Shown: positions 24,792-39,195, numbered from the whole stretch's first letter. The stretch is 62,498 nucleotides of DNA, filler included, from Choristocarpus tenellus KU-1152 (GCA_964200185.2; 13 parts of 13 records of this genome joined end to end with filler, not necessarily neighbours in it), one strand, 5' to 3'. Translations and numbers: made by a program. Notes: a model not told the origin generated them from the sequence alone.

Positions 24792-26513
24792 TGGAGTACT
24801 CGGTACAATGCTGAGCATTATTTGGGGAGCATGGTTCGAGGTTGAAGAGTTTATATTATCTGATTTTCTAGAGTTGATTTTGAGGAGCATCTGATCGAGG
24901 CCGATTCTCACAACTTTTAGTTATAACTTTTAGTTATTTGTGGTCAACCTTAAGGTACTCCGACTATCCCCACCAATTCAAGCATTCATCGCATTTATTG
25001 AGATCACATGGACTACCTTGCAGGATTGTGGGGTGTGCTGGTACTACCATTGAAAAAGGTAGAAGACACAAGTTTGAGCTTTGTGCACAAACTGTTTGAT
25101 TTGTAAGCATGAAGCAATTTTTTTTAGTTACAAGCTGAAGGATGGCAACCCCCCCTTTTTTTTTTTCTGATCTACCTTTTACGCCGGGAGAAACGGTACC
25201 TGTTCTGAAGCTTACAGAGAGCCCCCAATGACAGGGTTTTCCATTAAAAAAAAACTTAACACTCACTCTTCACCGGTGTGATCCCAATAATATTTGTGCA
25301 TATTCAGCATGTAATGTCCATTATCCGGGTCAATATTAGGTTTGTTTTACTCTATATATGATGTCCGTATACAGGACGAGTTTTTAGGGCTAGGTGCTCT
25401 AGAGGGTCTCTTCTTCACGCAGTGCCTGAGTTCACTTGGTCTCTAGCATCTGTTGTCTAGCACAAGGCTTGCTTGGAAGGTCTATTTGTTGTCAGGGCAA
25501 CATCCAGCACCCTTTGCTGGGAAGTGTCCCTTACCCAGAACCATCTTTGGAGACTTCCACTTTGTTCGTTGTTCATTTTCTGCGGAGTGGCTCGATTTAT
25601 GTGCTACTACTACATACAGTAAGTACCCTGTATCGTTTTTTCACTCATTATCCAAAAAAAAAAACGATCGTTTTTTAGTGAAAAAAAGAAAAAAAAGCCG
25701 GAAAGTAACGAAGCAGTGCAAAAAGGGACAAAAAGGGACAAAAGCCAATATGCTTCTGTTGTACTTGCTTGTAATGGCTGTTTTCTAGCAAATGCTCAGG
25801 CAAACTTTCCCTGTATTGTTGGTTGTTGTGGACAACTCTTGTGAACAACTCTTGTGAACAACTCTTGAAGCCATTTGCTGTATACCGCCTGCTTTCCAGA
25901 CAACCCTCTGTTGTGTTTACTTCTAAGGCGTTGGGCTGTGTTGTGACATGCCATCATTTTTTTTTTTCTGAGGTGTGACAAAAAAAAACTTTTGTAGTCG
26001 AACTCAATTCTCGCGGTGTAAGAGGTCAGGGCTTGAACTTTGTTTTTTAAAATTTTAAAGTGTAGCCTTTTGTCGGGGCTTAGGGTTAGGGTTAGGGTTA
26101 TGTTCAGAAAAAATAGTCAATGTGGTTTTGATTACAGATCGAAACGTACACCGCAGCACACGCACGCGGAGTAGGAAGGCGTGCGGATCACAGAGCTTCG
26201 CGATAACAGAGTTAAAAAAAAGCACACGGGGTGCATAGCTTGCGTGAAAGTTTAACAGTTGATTGTTGCCCCTCAGTTTCTGGTTTCGAATAGCTTTAGT
26301 TTAATTGAATTGTAGTGATTCAACCCGTGAAGTGATGTGCAACATTTTTTTAAGGGGTGCTGATGATGATGCCGTGATGGCAGGGAGTATTTATTGGCTT
26401 GCTAATTGATCGATTTGAGTGATCTCTTACGACTCTGTTGGCAGTGGACTTTTTTTTATACTTTACATCAATTTTTAATGCACTGCGCGTTAAACCTCTC
26501 ATTGTGTGTGTGT

Positions 26514-26555
<42 letters not shown>

Positions 26556-26674
26556 GTGGGGGGGGGGTGAAGGGNNNNNNNNNNNNNNNNNNNNNNNNNN
26601 NNNNNNNNNNNNNNNNNNTTAATTAATTAANNNNNNNNNNNNNNNNNNNNNNNNNNNNNNNNNNNNNNNNNNNN

Positions 26675-29600
26675 CCAGGCAACGGTCAATGCTAGCTACA
26701 TCAATAAGCAGCAGGTTCTCTCCCTCTCCGACTGGCTCAACATCATGGGTCACCTCAACCCATTCGTGATTAAGCACCTGGAGAAACGAGGCCTCCTGGA
26801 CATCGCAGATGCTACATTCACCTCAGAGCTCCACTGCCAGGTATGCAAGGAGTGCAAGTCTGTGGCACTCAGTTACGCCGCAGTCCCAAGACGGTGGGAG
26901 AGGTGGTGCACACTGACCTGGAGGGACCCTTCGACCCGGACGTGATGGGCATGAAGTACTTTCAGGTGTTCGTGGATGAGGCCAGCAGGGAGAAGTGCGT
27001 GATGGGTCTGCGTACCAAGGACGCCGCTACCGCGGCCACCGCCGCCTACATCGACGAGATGGCTCGAGAAGGGGTGGTGGAGAGGTGCATCAGTGGGGAT
27101 GGCGCTGGCGAGTTCAGGAGGAGCGTAAGATTCCAGTGCATGCTGACAGAGCGGGGCGTGAAATGGCACAAGACCCCTCCACGCACGCCCCAGACCAACG
27201 GGATTTCTGCGCGGGCAATCAAACAGGTGATGCAAGCGGCGCGAAGCCAGCTGATCCAGGCTGGACTTGGGGAGGAGTTCTGGTTTTTCACGGTGGCAGA
27301 CGGCACATACCAGACCCGAGGCATGCCACACGAGTACCTGGGCGGCGAGACACCATGCGAGCGCCTGACTAGCAAGTCATTCAACTACAAGCGGCTCCGT
27401 GTGTTCCGGACGGAGTGCTTCGTGCATCAGACCAAGCAACAGCGCGGCGCCAACGCCAAGTTCCACCCGTACGCGAAGCGGGGGATCCTCGTCGGGCACG
27501 ACAGGGCGTCACTGTGCTGGCACGTGTGGATATCCCGCAGGAAGGTAAGCTGGTGACCTCCGTATAAGTGAAGTTCCAACCTGAAGCCAAACTGCTGGAA
27601 CTGGTGGGGGAGTCAGAGCTTGACATAATGGGGGAGTCGGAGCGTGACTACGATATGAACGTCGATGGCGAAGGCGAAGAGGATGCTTCCACAACAGGGA
27701 GCGAGGCACACACGACTGGGAATGCGGGCGGAAACATTGGGCGTGGGGCTCAAGATACAAAGCGCTCAGCACCCCATCAAAGTCAACAGATTTCTCCCAG
27801 GATGAGACAACGCCAGCGCATTGATAAGGCAGCGCATATAGCGGCCAAGCACCTGGCCCCACACTCTGAACAGCGGGCATCTTCCCGGCTGGAGCAGTGC
27901 CAACGGGTGGACTTCACACCCCAGCTGTACGACCTGGAAGGGAGTGAGGAAATGGATATGAACCACTTCGTGTCAACCCTCATACAGCAGAACAACAACG
28001 ACGTGTACATGCCTTATGGGTCTCATGGGGGAGGAGGTGGCAACAGGTGCAGACGAGCCATCTACAATAAAGGAAGCCTTGAGTGGGTCGGATGCAGAGC
28101 AGTGGCAGGAGGCTATGGAGAAGGAAATGACAGGGCTATGGCAGAAGGGGATGTTTGGTGACAAGGCCCTGCCCCAAGCGAGGAAGGCGATCAAGACACT
28201 ATTCGTTTTCAACGCTGTAAGGCGCGAATCGTGGCCCACGGCTTCGCACAAAACGCAGGTATGAATTTCTTCGAAACCTTCAGGCCGGTGGTGGTGTACG
28301 ACACACTACGGTGCGTCATATCAGTCGTAGCGTACAGAGGTTGGAGCATCGACGCCCTGGACTTCACACAGGCCTACGTCAACGCAGACCTGCAGGAGGA
28401 CGTCTGGTTGGAGCTTTCTGACGGTCGCACCGTCAAGGCATAGAAGGCAATCTATGGGCTGAAACAGTCAGCCATGGAATGGTATCATGAGCTACGCGGC
28501 ACCATTCTAGCAGAAGGGTGGACGAGCAGCCAACACGACGAGTGCCTCTACTTCAGGAAGAGTGAAGACGGACGCATCGCCATCCTCACTACCTACGTGG
28601 ACGACATTGCCACCACTGGGGACTTCACGGAGGAGATCCTGAGGATGAGGGTATCACTGCTGGAGAAGTACAAGGGGCGGGACCTTGGCACGCCGGACAA
28701 GCTGATTGGGGTGGGCATCACTGTGGGTGCGGACGGCTTCACCCTGGACCAAACAGCTATATGCAGAAAGCATTGTCATGGTCAGGATGGGCTCCACAGA
28801 AGTGCGAGAAACATCCACACCAATGGACCCCGGGATGGACCTCTCTGCTAGGCACGATAACGAGGAGGAACTGAATCCCACCATCTACCCCTATGCCAGT
28901 ATCCTCGGCCAACTCATGTTTCTAGCAGGTATGACTCGCCCGGACCTGGCCAACAGCGTTCGTGAACTGGGGCGTAAGGGGGCGTCTCCATTCATGCGGC
29001 ACTGGCGCGGACTGCAACACGTTCTGCGCTACGTAGCAGGGACACTGGACGTCTGCATTCACTATGGTCAGGGGACTAAAGATATGAACGGAGGGGACGG
29101 AGAGCTCTTGGTGTGGTATGGGGATTCCGACTGGGGCACCGACTCCCAAACACGCAGGAGTGTCACAGGTTACCGACTATTGCTCAACGGATCACCGATC
29201 GCCTGGTGCTCCAAGCTTCAAGGTGCCGTCACCCTCTCCAGCTCGGAGGCAGAGTGGACGGCAATAGCATACGGCATGCGCCACTGCATTTTCCTTCGAG
29301 GCATTCTGGGGGAGATCGGCGTACTACAGGACCAGACTCCCTTCCCTGGTTCTGTGACAACCGTGGTGCTATCCAGGCGGGCAGCATCACAGGTTTCAAC
29401 GGTAGAACGAAGCACGTGGACATGAAGCTGAAGTGCACCAGAGAATACGTGGACCAGGGTCTATTCCACGTAGAATACGTTTCAACATCAAAACTACTGA
29501 CTGAAATTTTGACCAAGTCTTTGCACAAGAGCCTTACTTCTGATTTTGTGCATATTCCATGCTTTCGCGTCGGGAGTGAGCTTTTGTCAGCAACTTTCCT

Positions 29601-29990
29601 GCACGCTGATGGGAGAGTGTGCAATATAGGCTGGTAGTCTATAGGATTGTCATATGTTTGTTACCCAGAATAAATTAACAGAAATGTTGAGTGAGTGAAC
29701 TGTCAGTGACATGGTTCTGTACGATAGATTAACAGGTTCGAGTGTTGACGGGTTGATTTTTTTAATGCTTAATATACGTAGCTAAGGCAGGACGACTGAC
29801 GCAGCTACGACTGACGCAGAACGAGTGAAGTAGTGCGACTGACACAGACACGTTCTGACGTTTCTGCTGATGTGTGCAATAAATAACGAGGCAGAGCACC
29901 CTCCCACCTCGAGGGATGGTGCTCACTCCGCCAATAAATTCATTCTTACTACATAAAGCAAAAACTCTATTTGAACAGCTCTTTTGCACA
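26675..29990 (+). mobile_element. Ty1/Copia family A element, 3' two-thirds (GAG-pre-integrase, integrase, RT, RNase H, PPT, 3' LTR), frameshifted
   Basis: MGHLNP...CQVCKECK; integrase VHTDLEGP...VFVDEASR...SGDGAGEF...PQTNG; RT EPSTIKEALSG, ETFRPV, LDFTQAYVNADL, IYGLKQSAMEW, TYVDD; RNase H DSDWG...SSSEAEW...CDNRGAI. PPT GGGAGAG at 29611-29617. Confidence 0.95.
29618..29990 (+). repeat. 3' LTR of Copia family A (373 bp)
   Basis: TGTGCAATATAGG ... CTCTTTTGCACA, starting right after the PPT, with 7-bp terminal inverted repeats. Confidence 0.92.
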
Positions 29991-32900
29991 GGGCACACGT
30001 ACCAGTCGTAGTAGGTCCTATGGAACCCATGTTGAGGGCATTTTTCTCAGAGAGGGGAAACAGATTGGATGCTGTGAGCAACAGAAACGGTGCTAGACGG
30101 AGGTCCTGTTCTTCCGAGAGCTTTTTCTGTCTGACGCACATATTGTTCGCGCTAGGACATAGAGATCAAGATCCCAACCACCGAAACTATGTGACGACTC
30201 AGAATACCGGGACTGGCGGAGGCGTTTCATGGTGCTTTGCAGATATACCCACTGCTTGGGTGCGTTGACAAGAGAAAGAGCAGTCAATCAAGAACGCTCC
30301 TACGAGGAACTTTTCTCATATGGTTCCAGTGCCAATGATACCTGGATGGCTTAAGAGACGTACCATGCACTTACTGTTGCTCTCGTCGTACCCACCACCA
30401 GGGCACTATGCTATACGCTCCCAAGCCCGAGCGAGGTTTTCGATCTGTAGATGATTGGTTCATGCCTAGTGCAGTAGGTAATTGCCCACATTTATTCTGT
30501 GAGTTTTGCACTTCAAAGGTGGAGAAGGTGGCGAATTCGATCCTGACCTTAAACCACCTGGAAGCGCTACGGGGGAGGATGCTATCAGTGGACCTGGTCA
30601 TCTTGGACAAGTTGCTGCTCCTACAGTTCCTGAGTGCTCTCGGATCAGATTAAGATACGGAGGTACGCATGATGGCCTCGCGGAGAACAATAGTATGCTG
30701 AGCAGATGTAGAGAAAGCTGCTAGAGAGCGATATGCATCCCTTCATCAGGGGAAGGACTCAAGACAGAAGAACAGTCACGCTTTGGTTGTTAACAGCTCA
30801 CTGCAAGGGAAGAATCAGTCTCATCGCAACGGCCAAGGTTGCGGTGTCGAACGTAAATTTAATGGTGGAAGAAAGAAAAATGGTTCTAATTCCAACCCAA
30901 AACGTCCCGAGAAGATTCCTTGTGAGAGATGTGGAAAGCATGGACATGAGAAGACAGCTTGCCCAAACCGCATTTGCACCAAATGTGGTGGACGTACGTG
31001 CCCATGATGCTACAACGTGTACGTGGGTGTTCTTGACTACGGTGCACCCTGGGAAAAAAGAGATAGAGACCGAGGCGAATCCTTCCCACATTACTGTGCA
31101 AAGTATTACCAGCTGCGGCAACAATTGTGCAAAAGAGCTGTTCAAATAGAGTTTTTGCTTTATGTGGTATGAACGAATTTATTAGCGGAGATAGCACCAT
31201 CCCTCGAGGTGGGGGGGTGCTCTGCCTTGTTATCTATTGCGCACGTCAGCAGACACGTCGGAACGTGTCTGTGTCAGTCGTAGCTGCGTCAGTCGTCCTG
31301 CGTCAGCTACTTATATTAACCATAAATAAAAAATCAAACCATCGAGACTCAAACCTGTTACTCTTGACGTACGGAAACAAGTCGATACACTTACTCCACT
31401 CAGTCAACACGTCTGTTACATAATACATGTTACCAAACACCTAAGAACCTATAGACTACCAGCCTATATTGCACAACAACGAGCGATACCCACTGCTGGC
31501 CGCCACTGAGGACTCTCACAGCAACAATGATCCAGGCAAGTGTGGGGGGAAAACGAATTTTTGGTGTCAAGTGTTGGGGTTGGCCGGGAGAAAGAAGAAT
31601 GGATATTAGACAGTGCGGCTTGAGGTCATACGACAAATATAGTAAAATCCATGACAAATTACAAGCCTTGTGTTGGAGACTTTGGTCAAAGGGCAGTCAC
31701 TGCCAGCCAAAATTCCTTTTGCATAGGTGGTCATGGTGATCTAACCATCTTGTTTCCGTTACGTGACAATGAGGACGTAGAAATACTCCTTCAAAATGTC
31801 GCTCATGTCCCCGATCTGGGATTCAATCTTTTTTCTTGCCAAGCAGCAGCTGATAAGGGTGCGAAAGGCATTTTCACAGTCAGTACATTCCCATTGTTAG
31901 ATGGAGTACTTACCTTCACAAGAGATCCTGGTTGCCATTACACCCTCCCTCCATGGTCAACGTATATTGCCGCGACCAGATCGAAATGCTGAAGTTGCTT
32001 TAAAGGCCACTATAGCCCCCTCGCTTACACCCCATGCTCCCCACACGCAGATGAACATGTTAACGTCTTCCACCGCTCTTATGGCCACACACACGAGGCA
32101 TTACTCAAGTTCACCGCCACTTCAATGGGCATTAATTACATTGGTGGGTGAGCGGAGCCATGTGCAGGCTGCTCTATGAGCAAGGAAGGGCATACACGGA
32201 AGGGCGTCCAGTCCAGTCCAGCACTTCTTCAAGGGCAGTAAGAAAGCTGGATCGGGTTTTTGTCGATCTAAGTGGGAAGAGGGCTAACCTTTCATTCGGT
32301 GGTAAACAATGTACCATGATAATCCGGGACGATTATTCCCGTTTTGTTTGGTTGTATTTCCTTCGTGCTAAGTCGGATGCCGCCGAAGCCTTCAAGAAGT
32401 ACTTGTCCCATATCTGGGCTGATGGTACTCCCTCTCGCGTCATGCGTGTGCGGTCTGATAACGGGGGGGAATTTTATGGGGTGCTTTGGGAGCTTTTTTT
32501 CATGATCGTGGGATAAGACAGGAGTTCACATCTGCAGACAGCCCTCAATGTAATGGGTTTGCTGAACGAATGCTGGATATTATTGATGAAGCTTCTTTAG
32601 CTGCCCGCCTTCAAGCTCCACTACTTTTTCCCTATGTTACTATCCCCAAGACGCTTACTCCCTATAGGCTGAAGCTCAACACTATGTTTGTGACTCGCTC
32701 AATCGCACATCGACCATGGCTAACCCTGATTGTAAATCACCATAGGAAATGTGATATAGCACCCCTGCATCCCTGTTGACCTACCAATTTCTTCAACCTG
32801 GTTTTTGCCGTATGACTTTCCAAAAGGCTCAACGGTGTTTTTATCGGGGGCCGGGGATCAATCACCCGCGTGATGCGTACCGTGTTCTTACTTCGACCAG

Positions 32901-33587
32901 TGCCATAGTTACTACACGTAACCTGACCTGACTGTCTTGTAAGGACCCCAGTCTTGCCCCGTAGGAGAGGTTTCCCCTGCTTTGCGAAAGGGGGGGGTGG
33001 GGGCTTGATGCAGACCCTTGTTCTGAGGGTCTCACCCATCCCAAAGCAGGTGACTCACCATTAGATGTAAAATGTATTTGTTCATCTCGCTCCTCCACTT
33101 CATCCCTCTCTGACGACTCTTCCTATAGCGACGGAAGTGAGGACAGGTTTGTTCTAGGTGAGAGGCCGTCCTTTGGTAACAAAGGAGACAGTCTGACTAA
33201 TGATCCTCCCCCTGGTGAAGGGAGAGTAGGTGAGATTGTCAATGATCTGACTGTTGACCCTTCCCCTGGTGATGGGGAGGCAGGACAGGTTGACGTGAGT
33301 CTTTCCAGAGACACTAGCCGAGATGGTGAAGGGAGTGAGTGTAGGACGTCTCATCCTCGAGTCCACAGCACTTGCCTCAGGCAGTTGCTGACTCAACAGC
33401 TGCCCGTACTGCAGCTCGCCAGCTGGAAGACTTTCTTCCTAATCCAGACCGTGCACCTTGCGTTGAGTTGGGTAGGACTAGACAGGAAACTCGTGCCAGA
33501 GCTGAGGGTAGTGCAGGTGTTGGTAATATGATATCCCTTATTACTAACGTAGAGAGGCAACATGTTGCTTATGCCTTGGCTGTACAG
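29991..33587 (+). mobile_element. Degenerate Copia family B (gag, protease, GAG-pre-integrase, integrase, linker), interrupted by family A insertions
   Basis: Double zinc knuckle CERCGKHGHEKTAC...CTKCGG (~30920-31020). Protease EWILDSAA*GH (~31598) and LLQNVAHVPDLGFNLFS. CAGCSMSK; integrase RVFVDLSG...IRDDYSRFVWLYFL...VRSDNGGEF...SPQCNGFAER. Confidence 0.88.
31126..31475 (-). repeat. Solo LTR of Copia family A with 5-bp TSD
   Basis: TGTGCAAAAGAGCTG ... CCTATATTGCACA, reverse-complement homologue of 29618-29990. Flanked by ACAAT (31121-31125) and ACAAC (31476-31480). Confidence 0.9.
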
Positions 33588-34543
33588 NNNNNNNNNNNNN
33601 NNNNNNNNNNNNNNNNNNNNNNNNNNNNNNNTTAATTAATTAANNNNNNNNNNNNNNNNNNNNNNNNNNNNNNNNNNNNNNNNNNNNGGGGGGGGCTCCC
33701 TAGTCTATGGAAGTAGCAGGGCTGCTGATCGAAAATATGTGATCCTCTCAACTCGAGTTACACTGAATACCGTTTTGTTTTGGAACGTATGACAAAACAT
33801 GGGGGGCATTCGATCAAACATCAACCCCTCATGAGCCAATGCTGCTAATTGCCTCTGTGTGTACGGTAATCTAAATCACCCCTAAAAAGCAGGAAAGGTT
33901 GCGTGCACTTCACGAATTGATAATGTTACGGTAAATGCATCTACCGTACGATCCAGTTTACGCACACAAAAATATAAAACATGGGTTGGTGGACAGTTTA
34001 TCTGCATTACATCCAACCATGTTTTACACATGTAAATACAGATAAGGACATATATATACAGGTATATATACATCAGTGGATCACTGCGACATACAGAATA
34101 TTTTCAAGGTTGAGCACATGATACATTGCCAATACATTACACAAGGGAGACAAAAAAAAGAGTGCTGAAAGTCTACAAATTGAGAGTAATGACCTATAAT
34201 GAAGGAAGGATCCACTTTCATTCTTAACATCCTTTCACTAATCACATCGACAGAATTTACATCATAGTCTTTGTGAGTGATGTCAACAAATTCTATCCAG
34301 ATTCACACCATACTCTTTGTGAGTAGTGAAAAGAGTTTACATCATAATCTTTATTGTACTTTTCACTGTGAGGGAGTTAGGTACAGCTGTCCCAATGTAA
34401 TACAAGATTTTTTTTTGTTTAAACACACACACATACACATACACAAACAAATACATGCCCTGGACAAACTACGAGTACACATAAATCCTAAACCTCCACA
34501 AACACGGTCCCCCTCAAAAATACTCCATAAAATACACAAAACG

Positions 34544-34577
<34 letters not shown>

Positions 34578-35849
34578 GCAAAGGTCCTGTCTGCAGGCTG
34601 TTGTGGTGTGGGTCCAGATTGCCTCCCTCCATTGCCACCCCCAAGACAAAACACTAGAGAATCACCCACAATACTGCCAGAGTGCTCACAGTACTCTGCC
34701 TTCCCCTTCCCTCCTCCCTTGTACTCACAAATGAGACAACTACCTGTTGACAGCATTGAGAGACTCTGATATGTGAGGTGTGAGTAAGATAGGACATCGT
34801 GCAAACACGCTTGCACAAAATTGACCTGCACACAAAACAAAACCGCCACTTACCACAGCACCTACTCTTGTGCTTCACCAAAAGCAATATCTCTCACTTT
34901 CAAAGTACACCTAGAGCTTCTCTCACCCATAACTGCATCACAACCACACCACAATAACGCATCTATTTCAAGGCGGAGGCATTTAAAACGCAGAAACTTT
35001 TCTGACTCTTACCAACTTTAGATCTGGTCTGTATGTGCCTACAGAGAAAGGGCGCACAATCTGACTAGAGAGCCAGTTGAAAAAGGTAGCCAATGAGGAG
35101 GAAGGGATATCAACAACCGATTAACATTTGAGTTCATACCACATTCAAAAACACGAATAATGGTACCTGTTGAACTACTGAACCATCATCAAAAAATCTC
35201 TCAACAGGAAGAATAGCCAACATATCGACTACCACCTCATAAGGGTTACAACTTAAGCATGGCCAAGGACGGTGAATAACCCCCAATTTAATCTCTAATA
35301 TATCCAGCACAAAAACAAAATGGGCCATAAATTTAAACCCAGTACCTCCATGTTACAATTGTGGATAAAATTATCCCTTGATATCTGGAAGATGGAACTT
35401 GCAATGGCATCCATCACAGTTGGGGAGGTGAGGGGGTGGGGGGATGGGAAGGTAAGGTCTGCCTTCTCACACATAACATTGCTATGACAACAAAGGCTGG
35501 GGAAATAGCAAATTGTCAACCAGGTCACCTGCATTCAATCAAGGATAACCTGCTGTCATTTCACCATAACAGAAGACAATATTCTACTCTCAAAACAAGT
35601 GATTAACTTAAGCGGGCAAGGTTCGACACCTGAGTTGATAACGCAATAAATACAAAGAAAATCTCCTCCTATCTCATCAACTAACTCGGTTAACACACCC
35701 TTCACCATGCCTCGACCATGAGTTAAGGTCGTACTACGCTATTGCACACCATTGCTACTACAAGACGGAAAATTTCGCTGACTGTAAGCAATTTTGGGGC
35801 TTTTAACGACGATCGGCACTAGGATTTCAACCAAACCCTCTGCTTGAAG

Positions 35850-36720
35850 ACTCGGAATTCTAGGCTTGGTGAAAAAGGCGACACAAGTGGTTGCATATCA
35901 AAACCCTATTTGCCATATTCGTCCTTTGGGACTACCTCTTCTCTCATCATCGAATGTGCGGAGTGTAACGACCAAACAGAATCTGTGGGACCCCGGTCCC
36001 AACCTTAACGAACTCCCGATATATTCCGGACTTCTTTCCTTCACCACGCGCAACAACATAACGGAACAAGGTACGGCAGCCAGCCACTGCTATAGAGCGA
36101 ATATTTTTACATAGCGTTGACTTTACAAGATAATCACCCGAATCGGGTAATAGGGTATCATCTGAGTGACTAGCAGTATCGCAGCCTATTGCGTCTGCAC
36201 AAGGAAAGATCATGTCAAGGAACATGCACCAACGTGGTTGCCTTCATTGTCGTCGTCCACGGTATTCAACCACTGGTTCTTCCAAGTTCCCCATGCCTCT
36301 CACCTCGTTAAGCTCAAGGGAGGGACTTCACTGCAATCCAAAAGTTTCCTGGAAGGACCTTGGGATGCAACAAACCTCTCTAAGGCCTTCCTGAGGGAAG
36401 GATTGTCCACCCTGGTCCACAAATAAAAAATGGGCGTAAAACAGCCCCTGCTCCTGCGCTGCCTCCTCCCTCGTCGCTATCCTCGGATAGCTCCTTTCTC
36501 CTCGGGTGTGAGACTGCCGTGTCTCCTTCAAAGAAAAAGTGTGCAATTTTTCGTTGCCTAGTCTGTCCTCGTGTCAAGATCAAATTTGGAAAAAGCAAAA
36601 GAATTCAAGTACCCTCGCGAGCCGGCTGAGTCCTGCGTCCCTCCCTTGCCGCTTGCCCAAAGGTGCATTCAACCCTCGACTCCCTCTTTCTTGAAGGCCA
36701 TGCAATTCCGACAAAAGAGA
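35850..36720 (-). mobile_element. Highly decayed Copia RT remnant
   Basis: Motif scraps across frames in RT order: SELHGLQERG, QGLFYAH, FQETFGLQ*SP, RHGELG, TLVHV, YPITRFG. Confidence 0.35.
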
Positions 36721-36989
36721 GCAGGTAGGTCAAAAAAAAGGTCCCCTTTGATGATAATTTGTTTGACAATGGAAGGTATAAAACTATTGGTGGAAAGTCG
36801 TATCTCTGACCATATAAGGTATACTGGAGAGAGGATGAGTCAGGAAGAAAAATAGTAGAATCGCTTACACCGATACTGTTGCACATCAACGAGAATATTA
36901 AGGACACATATGTCTAGGCTTGCTGGGCACATACTTCCCCACGTTCATAGGAATAACCCACTAGTATTTGGTATCGTGTAATTTATTCT

Positions 36990-37171
36990 GGCTCAAAGTA
37001 TCTGGGGGGGGGGTGACGACTGTCGGTTCGAGGGCCCACTTTTCTATGTCGCGATTTTTTGAGGATTTGGTTACATGCGTCGGATAGATAATGTAGGTTC
37101 ACTTCTCCTGGTCAGGGCCCGAATGGACACCCTGGTGTAGAACCCCCCCCCCCCCCAAGATACTTTGAGGC
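36990..37171. mobile_element. Complete ~182-bp MITE, same family, opposite orientation
   Basis: GGCTCAAAGTATCTGGGGGGG ... CCCCCAAGATACTTTGAGGC, flanked by TCT on both sides (36987-36989 and 37172-37174). Shares ATGTCGCGATTTTT and GGACAC..GGTGTAGA motifs with 5735-5918. Confidence 0.85.
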
Positions 37172-39013
37172 TCTGTTTCTACTTTGCATTTTTAGGGTTA
37201 GGGCTAGGGTTAGGGATAGAATAATTAGTTTAAGTGGGAATGCCCCTATAACCTGGGAGGCCGTGTGCCTAGTAAACCTCGTGTCCTCCCATAGGACAAT
37301 CAGGGTGGGGTGGTGGTGACCATCAAGTTCCTCATGAAGAGTAGGCCTTGTTAAAGATGTCGATGCTACTGATCCGCCAAGCACAACCCTATCACGGGTC
37401 AAAACGGAGAGGCCTTCCATACAGTGGTTGTTACAATCTGACAGACAAACATGACTTCCTAAAAAGTATTGGCACCTATGCCATCAATACAACTTTATCC
37501 CTCAGTAAATTAGGTAGCTTTTTCGAAAGCGATTATACCCACCCATTACCCTTACTAATCACCGCCTCTGAAACCTGCTTTCAAGAACTGTTAGCGAATG
37601 TTCTTACCTCGCACACTCCCTGAAATGATACTAGAATAATAGAATCTGAGCCCTGATTCTTATGCCTTCTCACCAATAATTTCGGGTCCTGAACAGTATT
37701 AACAGTACATTTTAATATAAATAATACATCATACACTAGATTCTACAATATAATGGAGCTTGTCAGGTGGGAGCAGATAACGTAGAACTAGCTCTTCTTC
37801 TGCCTATCACATAAACCGGAGCATATTGTAGTAAAATGCTAATAATCCTCCGCATGAACATACCAAGTCATGATCTTGCAATGGACAGAATACACAAGAG
37901 TCGAACCTTTCTTGCTCTCTTTCGGAAGTAGTCCTGCTCCAGCAGTGTTCGTGTACAGAATACCTCATCCAGCACCATCTAACTAACTGCATTCAGTTTC
38001 TGCCCTTGAATGAAAAGGTGCCAAGTATCGACTACTACTTGCTGGACGCTGAGGACCTAAAGGTTTGTCTGTCTCCTTGACCACAATATGCAGGAATGCT
38101 AGTGTCGGATTCGACAATAGTAATGATATCCAGTCATTCAATTCATCATGAGATCACCAGGACAGTGAGCCTAACCGACTCCTGGGATTCTTCCCTCATT
38201 TACACCCTGCCTTCATAGAGTAATCATGGTCTACGGTCGGCTCTACCAGTACGGATGTGCACATTGAGTATTGCGTCCTCCTATCCGACCAGGGTCTCAG
38301 CTCGTAACTCTCAAAAATCTTAAACAAGTAATGATGATGGGCAACGTAAAAAGATTGCCCATGCTGTACAACACCCATTACTACACATAGGCCCAGTCCT
38401 CCATTGTTTTTACTTCCTCGCCCCTTCCTTCTAAAAAATTGTTCAGCAACCTCAACTGCAAATTCGAGCTCTTGTTCTGTTGTCTGCCTTGGTCTCGACC
38501 TTAATCTTCATATCATCCCAATACTCCGTCACCTTCTCCACTGAGTCAAAGTAAGCGACGAGAGATACCCAGGTTTTGGCCGTTTTGCATTTTAAGCTAC
38601 TCTTTTTTAATTTGCTATAAACCCATATTTCTATGGGAAAAGTGACCCAAAGTATCTGGGAGGGGGGGNNNNNNNNNNNNNNNNNNNNNNNNNNNNNNNN
38701 NNNNNNNNNNNNTTAATTAATTAANNNNNNNNNNNNNNNNNNNNNNNNNNNNNNNNNNNNNNNNNNNNCCACCCCCACTCCCACCCCCTTCCCCCTTTCC
38801 ATCCAAAAAAACAGAACAAAAATAAAAATGTAACATTCGCTTTGGAAAAAGAGATACAAATCCGCTGTAACTACAGAGGGTTATAGCGGTGTTATACCCT
38901 ACATCAGACTATACCACATGAACAGCACAAATTTCAATATACATACATAAATATGTGTGTGTATGTGTGTGTGCGTCTCAGGACATATCGTATGCCACTG
39001 TTGATAAGTATTT

Positions 39014-39195
39014 CACACACACACACATACATACATACATACATACATACACACATACACACATACACACACATACATACACACATACACACACATACAT
39101 ACACACATACACACATACACACATACACACACATACACACACATACACACACATACACACACATACACACGCATACACACGCATACACACGCACA
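39014..39195. repeat. Compound (CA)n/(CATA)n/(CACATACACA)n microsatellite
   Basis: Directly visible. It produces the spurious HT/VCV ORFs. Confidence 0.95.

Noticed and set aside
26079-26100. True telomere
   Set aside because: Fewer than four repeats and internal to a contig.
29618-31475. A DNA transposon with 350-bp TIRs carrying a zinc-knuckle gene
   Set aside because: The arms are Copia LTRs: one follows a PPT and RNase H, the other has its own 5-bp TSD.
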